Source: Planctomycetota bacterium
GTDB taxonomy: Bacteria > Planctomycetota > UBA1135 > UBA2386
Direction: 5' to 3'
DNA length: 64,000 bases
Assembly: GCA_965223545.1 (NCBI GenBank)
Contig: OZ245006.1
Span: forward strand, 448,001-512,000
Below, piece by piece: positions 56,242-64,000 of this stretch. The notes below the pieces were generated by a model. That model made no database searches. It was not told the origin of the DNA and saw nothing but the letters and a program-made list of their open reading frames with translations. Within the stretch, counting starts at the first letter, position 1; each line of letters starts with the position of its first letter. Position numbers and translations under genes: made by a program.

Positions 56242-56919
56242 ATGCGCAGGACCCTCGTCATCGGTGATATCCACGGCTGCCTGGCGCCCCTCGAGCGCCT
56301 CTGGCAGGTCGTGGCGCCAACGCCGACCGACCACGTCGTGTTCCTCGGCGACTACATCGACCGCGGCCCGAACTCGAAGGGCGTGATCGATTTCATCCTG
56401 GCGCGCGAAGCCGAGTACGATCTGACCTGTCTCACCGGCAACCACGAGGAGAAGTTTTTCCTGGCGCGGATCGACGACAGCGAGCTCGCCCACTGGCTCG
56501 AGGCATGGGGCGGCGGCGCGACGCTGGCGTCGTACGGCGCAGGCGGCTTCGACGACGTGCCCGAGTCCCACTGGGAGTTCTTGCGCAGGGGTCGCCCCTA
56601 CTGCGAGACCGAGACCCACATCTTCGTGCACGCCAACCTGGAGCCGGATCTGCCGCTGCCCGCGCAACCGCCATTCACTCTCGTCCACAAGAAGTTCGGG
56701 CGCCCCGCCCCGCACTGCTCCGGCAAGACCATGATCTGCGGCCACACCGCGCAGAAGTCGCACCTCCCGCTCGACCTGGGGCACGCCGTGTGCATCGACA
56801 CGGACCCTGGACGCGGCGGATGGCTCACGTGCCTACACGCCGAGACAGGCCACTACTGGCAAACCGATGCCGGTGGCGCACACCGTACCGGCGCCCTCGC
56901 AACACGCGCGCAGTCCTGA
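56242..56919 (+). CDS. Metallophosphoesterase (PPP-type Ser/Thr protein phosphatase)
   Basis: GDIHG, GDYIDRGP, GNHE, GHT, IDT. Confidence 0.94.
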   Translation: MRRTLVIGDIHGCLAPLERLWQVVAPTPTDHVVFLGDYIDRGPNSKGVIDFILAREAEYDLTCLTGNHEEKFFLARIDDSELAHWLEAWGGGATLASYGAGGFDDVPESHWEFLRRGRPYCETETHIFVHANLEPDLPLPAQPPFTLVHKKFGRPAPHCSGKTMICGHTAQKSHLPLDLGHAVCIDTDPGRGGWLTCLHAETGHYWQTDAGGAHRTGALATRAQS

Positions 56920-56932
56920 AAGAAGACCTCGT

Positions 56933-57706
56933 ATGACCACGCACCGCCCGCCCGGAACGTTCTGTTGGTACGAGCTGGCAACCAGCGACGCCCACGCCGC
57001 CACCGAGTTCTACGGTCGCGTGTTCGGCTGGACCTTCGCCGAAGACGCCGCGCGGCCGGGGGGCACCGCAAAGAGAGTGCTGCTGGCGGGCGATGCGCTG
57101 GGCCGGCTCTTCGAGCTCGGGGCCGACGACGCGATCCCGCCGCACTGGATGTTCCACGTCGCGGTCGAGGACGTCGCGACCACGGTGCAGCGGGTGGAAG
57201 AGCTCGGCGGGCAGGTCTTGGCCGCGCCGGCCGAGGTCGCCGGAGTGGGCCGCGTGGCGCAGATCGCGGACGCGACCGGCGCGCGCTTGTCGCTCCTCGA
57301 GTGCGATGGCCGGCACGGAACGGCGATCGATCCCGCCGCAACGGGCGGCTTCGGATGGACCGAGCTGCAGACGCGGGACGCCGCGCGCGCCCGCGCGTTC
57401 TACGGCGATCTGTTCGGTTGGCAGGCGAAGGCCGATACCGGGGCCGTGCCGTACACCGAGTACTCCCTGCCGGGGCAGCCGCCCTTTGCCGGCATGATCG
57501 AGATGGACGACCGTTGGCACGGCGCGCCGCCGGCGTGGTTGGGCTACGTCATGGTGGAAGACTGCGACGCCACCTTCGAGCGGGCCACCGCGCACGGCGC
57601 ACGGCCCATCGTGCCACCGGCGGAGATCGATGGCGTCGGCCGCTTCGCCGTGATCACCGATCCGCAGGGCGCGGTGCTGGCGCTCATCAGGCTGGCGACA
57701 CACTGA
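56933..57706 (+). CDS. VOC/glyoxalase family protein (two domains)
   Basis: GTFCWYEL...FYGRVFGW, repeated; GRFAVITDPQGA. Confidence 0.93.
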   Translation: MTTHRPPGTFCWYELATSDAHAATEFYGRVFGWTFAEDAARPGGTAKRVLLAGDALGRLFELGADDAIPPHWMFHVAVEDVATTVQRVEELGGQVLAAPAEVAGVGRVAQIADATGARLSLLECDGRHGTAIDPAATGGFGWTELQTRDAARARAFYGDLFGWQAKADTGAVPYTEYSLPGQPPFAGMIEMDDRWHGAPPAWLGYVMVEDCDATFERATAHGARPIVPPAEIDGVGRFAVITDPQGAVLALIRLATH

Positions 57707-57793
57707 CCGGCGGCGGAACGCGGCCTTCCTGGCGCGAAATCCCACGATCGATAGAGTCTCGCGACGCGGATTGACGAAGCAACACCACCAACG

Positions 57794-59797
57794 ATGGACA
57801 CGCCTGCCAACGAGCACTCACCGACCTCACCCCCGGTCCCTCGCTTCTTCGCGCGGTTCTCGGCTGGCGCGCTGACTTGGGCCCTGCTCGCCGCTTGTCT
57901 CGATGCCGGGCTGACCCGGTGGCTGCACGCCGACCGGCCGTTCGGCTTCGACCTGTTGTGGCAGACGCTGGTCACGCACGCCGCGATCGCCGTGCTCCTC
58001 GCGCTCGTGGCAAGCGGCCTCTACCTCGTGCTGCCCGGGCGCGCGCGGGCGGCGTGGTGTGTGGGCGGCGGGTTCACCGCTGGCCTGGTCAGCACCGGGG
58101 TCGCCTACTTCGCCGTGCTCATGGCGTTCCACAACTACGTCGACCAGGTGCGCACGGCGGAGAGCATGGGCGAGTTGCTGACCTTCCCCAACATCTCCTA
58201 CGTCGCACTGCTCGCCTGCGTGGCGGGGCTGGTCGGCGGCTGGCTTCGACGCGCCCTCGGCACGCCCGGCCGGCTGACCGCTGCCGCCGTGCTGGTGGTC
58301 GCCGTCACCGTCGGCGCGTGGGTCTGGGCCACCGCCAGCCAGACCCGACAACCGCTCCGCGGCGAGTCCCCGGCGACGTTTCGCAATCTGCTGTTCCTGG
58401 TCATGGACACCACGCGGCGCGACCGGTTGTCGGCCTACGGCCATCCGCTGCCGACCTCGCCGACGCTGGAGCGACTCGCGCGGGAGGGCACTCTGTTCGC
58501 CCAGGCCACCGCCCAGGCCACCTACACGCTCACCTCGCACGCCTGCATGCTCACCGGTCTGCTGCCGTCGGAGCACAAGGCGACGATGCGCACCGAGCGG
58601 CTCAACGCGCGCTACGTCTCGCTACCCGAGCTGATGAACGACCACGGCATGCGGTCGGCGGCGTTCGTCGCCAACCGCGTGCTGCGCAACGAGACCGGCG
58701 TCGCCCGTGGCTTCGGCCACTACGACGATCTCGTCGACCCCGAGGTCTGCTACACGTCGGTTTGGGACGTGATCCACAACGCACAGTCCCTGGCCGCGAA
58801 GCTGGTGCCCGCGCTGCGCTTCAACAGCCAGCCGCACTGGTTCGAGGATCACCAGCGGCCGGCGGAGGACCAGAACGAGGCCATCCTGTCGTGGCTGGAC
58901 GACAACGTCGGCGACCCGTTCTTCCTGTTCGTGAACTACTACGACCCGCACTGGCCCTACCTGCCCAGCGAGGAGTTCCGCAAGAAGTTCGAGATCCCCT
59001 ACGACGGCCCGGTGACCGGCCACCTGTTCCGCGCCGACGACTTCCCGCCAGACTACGAGCTCACCGAAGAAGACAACCGCTATCTGCTCTCGCTGTACGA
59101 CGCCGAGATCGCCTATCTCGACCATCACATCGGCCAGCTGCTCGACCGCATGGCGGAGAAGGGCCTGCTCGAGGACACGCTCTTGGTGATCACTTCCGAC
59201 CACGGCGAGTACTTCGGCGAGCACGACTACTACAGCCACAAGGAGCTGTACGAGACCGTCGTCAACGTGCCGCTGCTGTTCCATTTGCCCGGCACGGTGC
59301 CCGCCGGTCGCGTCATCGAGACGCCGGTGCAGCTGATCGACATCCTGCCCACGATCGTCGAGCTGGGCGGCATCGAGCTCCCCGAGCCGGTGCGCGGCAC
59401 CTCGTTGATGCCGGCGTTCTCCGGCGAGGACGGCATCGCCCTGGATGCCGACCGCCTCATCCACGGCGAGGACTACGACCACTGGCAATCGGTCCGGCGG
59501 ATGGCGCGGGTCGGCGCGATGAAGCTGATCAAGTCGTACGACGGCCAGACCAACGAGGAGCTGTACGACTTGAACGCCGACCCCGGCGAGCTCCGCAACC
59601 TCCTCCAGCCGGAGCACGCAGCCGGTCCGCGCGGGCAGAACGTCGACGGCGATCTCGTCCTGCGCCTGTTCGAGGCGGTGCGCGCCCTCGGACCCGAGCC
59701 CGAAGTCGGCGGCCAGCAGGCCGGCGGCATCGAGGCGATCGAGGGCCTCGATCGCCGCGAGCTCGAGGCGTTGCGCTCGCTCGGCTACACCAAGTAG
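57794..59797 (+). CDS. Membrane-anchored sulfatase/alkaline-phosphatase-superfamily enzyme
   Basis: About 5 N-terminal TM helices; MDTTRRD, TLTSHACMLTG, DPHWPY, YDAEI, SDHGE, ELYDLNADPGE. Confidence 0.88.
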   Translation: MDTPANEHSPTSPPVPRFFARFSAGALTWALLAACLDAGLTRWLHADRPFGFDLLWQTLVTHAAIAVLLALVASGLYLVLPGRARAAWCVGGGFTAGLVSTGVAYFAVLMAFHNYVDQVRTAESMGELLTFPNISYVALLACVAGLVGGWLRRALGTPGRLTAAAVLVVAVTVGAWVWATASQTRQPLRGESPATFRNLLFLVMDTTRRDRLSAYGHPLPTSPTLERLAREGTLFAQATAQATYTLTSHACMLTGLLPSEHKATMRTERLNARYVSLPELMNDHGMRSAAFVANRVLRNETGVARGFGHYDDLVDPEVCYTSVWDVIHNAQSLAAKLVPALRFNSQPHWFEDHQRPAEDQNEAILSWLDDNVGDPFFLFVNYYDPHWPYLPSEEFRKKFEIPYDGPVTGHLFRADDFPPDYELTEEDNRYLLSLYDAEIAYLDHHIGQLLDRMAEKGLLEDTLLVITSDHGEYFGEHDYYSHKELYETVVNVPLLFHLPGTVPAGRVIETPVQLIDILPTIVELGGIELPEPVRGTSLMPAFSGEDGIALDADRLIHGEDYDHWQSVRRMARVGAMKLIKSYDGQTNEELYDLNADPGELRNLLQPEHAAGPRGQNVDGDLVLRLFEAVRALGPEPEVGGQQAGGIEAIEGLDRRELEALRSLGYTK

Positions 59798-59801
59798 CGC
59801 G

Positions 59802-61019
59802 TCAGCCCCGCAGCGCGAGCGCGGCCTCGGCGAAGGCGACGCCGATCTGCGCCAGGGTCTTGCCGCAGCCGAGGTAGTGGTAGGCGGCGTTCGACGCACC
59901 GCGCCGCCACAGCCGCTCGCGCTCTTCGCCGACGACCTCGGCGCGGTAATCGTCGATCCAAGCGCGCTGCTCCTCCTCGCTCATCGTGCCGTCTTCGTTC
60001 GGCGTGCCGGCCGCCTGCCGGCGCAGCTTGCGCGCCATGCCCCGCACCTGCTCGCGGCGATCCGCGATCTCCGCCAGCCGGGCATCCCAGAACGGCGCGG
60101 TCTGCACGGCGGCGACGTTGCCGGCGAACTCGGGCATCGCCGCCGGCGCCGCCATCGCCTCCCGGAAGTTGCCGTGCACCGCGGCGTAGGGCGCACCTTC
60201 GCGCAGAGCACCGCCGACCCCCATCACTCCGATCACGAACGGTAGCCCGGGCGCCTCGAGATCGCGGCGCACGTCGCGGATCAAGTGCGCCAAGCACTCG
60301 CTGTAGGCGTCGTAGCCGCCGGCGCGCTCGCGATCCGGATAGACCGCGCGATCGACCATGTCGTTCCAACCCTGGAACCAAACGAAACCGGCGAGCTCAT
60401 GGCCGGCTCCGGCGTCATAGGCGGGGCAAACGCGCGCGGGGTCTTCGAGCACCCGCCGCACGTGCGCGATCATCTTGGCGTAGTAGACGCCCGTCGCCTC
60501 GGCCTTGGCGGCGCGCAGGGCCGCGAGATCGGCGCCCTGCTGCCGCTGGCGCGCCACCCAATCGTCACCGAATCGAAACGGTCCCGCCGACGGCGGGCGA
60601 AAGTCGGTGTGCAACGACTTGCCGCCCCACGCCGTCTTGATCAGCAGGACCGGGCCGGACACGGCAGCCGCGACGGTGATGCCGAAGGTCAACTCCGGGC
60701 CGATCGCGTCGCCGCGCTCGTCGGCCCGCGGCCGGGCGCCGAACCCCGCGGTCAATGGACCAAAGGCCTCGCCCTCGCCGTCGCGGCCGGCGGTCAGATC
60801 GGAGATCCAAACCCGGTCGCAAACCCGCAGCCGCCCGTCGTCGTCCCGCATCTTTGCCAGCAGCGGCGCCGTCTCCGGATCGTCACCGATGTAGTCCAAG
60901 GTGGACACCTTGGCATGGCCCTGCATGTTGCTCTGGCCGGCGAGCACGAAGACCGAGAGCTTCTGTGGCGCCAGGGGACAGGCGAGAACGGCGACGACCG
61001 CGAAGTGGCAGCGCAACAC
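59802..61019 (-). CDS. Sialate O-acetylesterase (SASA/SGNH) domain protein
   Basis: VLAGQSNM, GPE..FG, KTAWGG, WFQGWND, YHY. Confidence 0.92.
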   Translation of the reverse strand: MLRCHFAVVAVLACPLAPQKLSVFVLAGQSNMQGHAKVSTLDYIGDDPETAPLLAKMRDDDGRLRVCDRVWISDLTAGRDGEGEAFGPLTAGFGARPRADERGDAIGPELTFGITVAAAVSGPVLLIKTAWGGKSLHTDFRPPSAGPFRFGDDWVARQRQQGADLAALRAAKAEATGVYYAKMIAHVRRVLEDPARVCPAYDAGAGHELAGFVWFQGWNDMVDRAVYPDRERAGGYDAYSECLAHLIRDVRRDLEAPGLPFVIGVMGVGGALREGAPYAAVHGNFREAMAAPAAMPEFAGNVAAVQTAPFWDARLAEIADRREQVRGMARKLRRQAAGTPNEDGTMSEEEQRAWIDDYRAEVVGEERERLWRRGASNAAYHYLGCGKTLAQIGVAFAEAALALRG

Positions 61020-61123
61020 GCCGACCCAACCTAGCGGGCCCGGCGCGCACCCTCAACCGGGCGGATCGCTATGCTGAGCGGACGGGAGACGGCACGTGCC
61101 GCCGGGCCGCATCGCCGATCGCC

Positions 61124-61139
61124 GGGCACGGCGGTTGCG
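61124..61139 (+). promoter_or_regulatory. Sigma54 (-24/-12) promoter upstream of the large surface protein gene
   Basis: GGGCACGGCGGTTGCG = GGCAC-N5-TTGC consensus. Confidence 0.65.
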
Positions 61140-61150
61140 CTCTGACCACC

Positions 61151-64000
61151 ATGAACATCCCCCCTGCCCTCCTGTCCGCGCTGCTCGTCGTGGTCGGGAC
61201 CATCGACCGGCCCACGCCCCGCGATCGCTTCGTCGCGATCGCGTCGCAGCCCGCCAGCGGCGGCACGGCGTTCCTCAACGACACCATCGGCATCGACTTC
61301 ACCAACCCGGTGGACCTGTCGACCGCGAATCTCAACACAGTGGTGTTCGACGTCTTCGACCTGCAAGGCAACCAACTCGCCGAAGTGCCGAGCGGCACCT
61401 TTCGACTGGGGCGCGCGCCGGGCGAGCCCTCGCCGGGTCGCCGGCTCCTGTTCGAGCCGACCCTACCGACCAACAACGGCTACACCAACGGCGGCTTCCG
61501 CCCCGACCGCCGCTATGTGGTGCGCCTGGCGGCCGCGGGGACCAGTGGCCCCACGCTGCGCGACGTCCACGGCCGGGCCCTGGCGGCACCGTTCTCGTTC
61601 GACTTCACCACTCCCGGCGGCACCTTCGCGCCCACCCTGTTTCGCAACCCCGCGCCCGGGGGCCCGGCCCGCGTCGGCTTTCACGTGACCTCGAGTACCC
61701 GCGACAACAGTGACGGCATCGCCTACCTCAACAAGGGCGCGCAGACGCCGGTGACGATCACCCTGGAGTTCGACCAGGCGCTCAACCCACAGACCACCAA
61801 CGTGCCCACCGCCATCGAGCTGGATCCGACCAAGCGGGGCATCGCCGGCCGTGGCCGGGTCTACCTCGAGTACGACGACCCCGATCCGCTGGTCGGCGCC
61901 AGCGCGTGGATTCCCGCGGCCGTCGAGCTGACCGAGAACAACGCACGCGGTGCGGTCCTGCAGCTCCGCCCACTGGGCGTGCTGCCCAACCGCGCCGAGA
62001 TTCGCGTGATCGTCGAAGCCACCCTGGAGGACATCTCCGGCGAGTCGAACATCATCTCGCCGGCCTACGACCGGGTGTTCGCTCGCTTCCCCACGTTGGA
62101 GACCACGGCACCGCAGTTCGACGCCATCCTCGACCAGTTCGACACCGCGGCGGCCGTCGATCCCGAGGCCGTGTTCCTCGAGCCACGCGCCGAGGTCCAG
62201 GGCGGCGCGCTGCGGGCCAGCTTCGACTTCGAGGGCACGGCGACCGTGCTCGACTACCGCCCCACGACCTCGGTCGTGCTCAACACCGACTTCACCCAGA
62301 TCACTCCGGTCGGCGCGCCGCCGATCAGCGTCGCCGGTGGCGTCTTCCAGTTCCGCAACGTGACGATCCCGGCCGGGGTCACCGTCCAAGGCACCGGCTC
62401 CAACCCCATGGTGTGGCTGGTGACCGGGGACTTCACCGTCGACGGCGTGCTGTCGGTCGACGGCGGAGACGGGGAGAGCGCCGTCGCGGTCGGCGCCGCC
62501 GGCTTTCCCACCGCCGGTGGCCGCGGCAACTGCGGCGGCGGCGACGGCGGCCGCGGCAGCCCGACCACGACCGGTCGCAGCTTCGCCGGCGAGACCGGCT
62601 ACGGCCCCGGGCAAGTGGTGGGCGGCGGCGGCGGAGGTGGCCTGTCCAGCACCGCCGCCTCCTGCGGACGCGCCTCGGGCGGCGCCGGCGGGTCCTTCGC
62701 CTCGAAGGGCGATCCGTGGTTTCCGGTGAAGGCCGCCGGCAACCGGTTCGCGCAGGTCACCGGTGACGGCGGTTGGGGCTGCACCGGCGTCAGCGGCGCC
62801 CCCAGCCGGACGCTGCCCCCCGGGCGCGCCGGTGCCCTCGGATTCGCCGATCCGCTGGGCGACAACGACTTCTGGGGCGCGGGCATCGATCTGCACGGCC
62901 ATCGCCGCATCGACGGCGAGCTCGCGGCCCCGCGCGGTGGCGCCGGCGGCGGCGGTGGCGGCGACTACGGACCCACGACCAGCTGGCAGAACGACCACCG
63001 TGGCGGCGGCGGTGGTGGCGGCGGCGGAGTGCTGATCGTCAAGGTCCTCGGCCGGCTGCAGATCGGCGCCTCCGGCCGCGTCACGGCCAACGGCGGCCAC
63101 GGCGGCGGCGGTGAAGACGGCGGCGGCAACACCAGGGGCGGCGGTGGCGGCGGCGGCGCCGGCGGCATGGTCGTGCTGATGGCCGGCGGTGGGATCCGCA
63201 TCGAAGTGCACGGCGAGACCTACGCCAACGGTGACTACGACTTCGTCGTCTCCGCCGACGGCGGCGTCGGCGTGCAGAGCGCGTTCGGCGGCGTGTCTTG
63301 GAGCGACAAGTATCCACCACCCGCGTCGCCGACCGCGTGGGACGACAATCCCGCGGGCGGCTTCGGCGGGCTCGGCGTGATCCAGCTGATGGCGCCGGCG
63401 GGCGACGACAGCGTCGACGGCACCGGCACGGCCTTGGACGACGGCATCGAGATCCTCCGCGCCGGCGTACCGCTGACCGGTGTCGAGAAGCAGCGCTACC
63501 TCGCCTGGCGCGGCTTCCCGAACGCGAGCGGCGTCTGGGTCGACGACAACGGCACGCCGACCTACAACAACGCGAGCTCCACGCCGGGGTACCCCGCGTG
63601 GGCACGCAGCGCCGACGACGAGGGTGACTTCCGCCCGGGGCCAGTGCTGCTGCCAGTGCCGTTCGGCCACAAGACGCGCCTGCGCTCGAAGTGGATCGAC
63701 GCCGGCATCGGCGCGGTGCGCCTCCCGGTTCGAATCGCAGGGACGGGGCCGCGGCGCATCACCGAGGACCCCGCCAACAATCTGCTCGCGGGACCGCGCT
63801 ACGAGTTCGCCGGCACCAACGCCGACACCACCGGCAGCAAGCGCAACTGGGTGGGCTACATCGACTACGACCAAGCCGGCATCCCCGTGCTCGTGGTGCC
63901 GATCCTCGCGGGCCCACTGCAAGTCGCACGGGCCGTGGCGAACGCGCGGTTCGAGGGCCAGCCTGCCTACCGCATCGAGCTGGAGGGCAGCCCCCTGGGA
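61151..64000 (+). CDS. Large secreted/surface protein with Ig-like domains and a glycine-rich region; runs off the window
   Basis: Absent from the ORF track because there is no stop in the window. MNIPPALLSALLVVVG...IDFTNPVDLST...; GGGGG-rich segment at about 62460-63200; still in frame at 64000. Confidence 0.85.
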   Translation, partial: MNIPPALLSALLVVVGTIDRPTPRDRFVAIASQPASGGTAFLNDTIGIDFTNPVDLSTANLNTVVFDVFDLQGNQLAEVPSGTFRLGRAPGEPSPGRRLLFEPTLPTNNGYTNGGFRPDRRYVVRLAAAGTSGPTLRDVHGRALAAPFSFDFTTPGGTFAPTLFRNPAPGGPARVGFHVTSSTRDNSDGIAYLNKGAQTPVTITLEFDQALNPQTTNVPTAIELDPTKRGIAGRGRVYLEYDDPDPLVGASAWIPAAVELTENNARGAVLQLRPLGVLPNRAEIRVIVEATLEDISGESNIISPAYDRVFARFPTLETTAPQFDAILDQFDTAAAVDPEAVFLEPRAEVQGGALRASFDFEGTATVLDYRPTTSVVLNTDFTQITPVGAPPISVAGGVFQFRNVTIPAGVTVQGTGSNPMVWLVTGDFTVDGVLSVDGGDGESAVAVGAAGFPTAGGRGNCGGGDGGRGSPTTTGRSFAGETGYGPGQVVGGGGGGGLSSTAASCGRASGGAGGSFASKGDPWFPVKAAGNRFAQVTGDGGWGCTGVSGAPSRTLPPGRAGALGFADPLGDNDFWGAGIDLHGHRRIDGELAAPRGGAGGGGGGDYGPTTSWQNDHRGGGGGGGGGVLIVKVLGRLQIGASGRVTANGGHGGGGEDGGGNTRGGGGGGGAGGMVVLMAGGGIRIEVHGETYANGDYDFVVSADGGVGVQSAFGGVSWSDKYPPPASPTAWDDNPAGGFGGLGVIQLMAPAGDDSVDGTGTALDDGIEILRAGVPLTGVEKQRYLAWRGFPNASGVWVDDNGTPTYNNASSTPGYPAWARSADDEGDFRPGPVLLPVPFGHKTRLRSKWIDAGIGAVRLPVRIAGTGPRRITEDPANNLLAGPRYEFAGTNADTTGSKRNWVGYIDYDQAGIPVLVVPILAGPLQVARAVANARFEGQPAYRIELEGSPLG

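Noticed and set aside
62460..63200. GGC-rich low-complexity tract as a non-coding repeat
   Set aside because: Explained by glycine codons in the large surface protein.

Overview
A very GC-rich (roughly 70% by eye), gene-dense bacterial window. Ser/Thr kinase-WD40 proteins, an ECF sigma factor, BlaI/BlaR1 and many FG-GAP and secreted proteins suggest a Planctomycetota-like genome (inference). It begins with the str operon (rpsL-rpsG-5' end of a divergent fusA). Main points: (1) glycogen synthase glgA lies head-to-head with a six-gene operon of three ATP-grasp ligases, a peptidase E/cyanophycinase-like Ser hydrolase and two esterases, with a fourth ATP-grasp paralog about 11 kb away. This may be an uncharacterised amide/peptide synthesis-and-turnover system linked to carbon storage. 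(2) Two genes split by in-frame TGA look like selenoproteins: an ArsC-like UxxC protein and a secreted FG-GAP protein with a W-U-C motif and a clear SECIS-like hairpin. (3) A BlaI/BlaR1-HEAT module has three visible TACA-N2-TGTA-type operators near two hydrolase genes, one carrying a probably inactive alpha/beta-hydrolase domain. (4) A kinase-TPR-GAF-sigma54 activator sits between two sigma54-type promoters. (5) A vanadium haloperoxidase precedes a circularly permuted flavoprotein/Fe-S membrane fusion. (6) A lone lower-GC TIGR04141-like gene is a possible defence insertion. I saw no tRNA, rRNA, CRISPR array or transposase. Family assignments come from motif recognition only, with no database searches.
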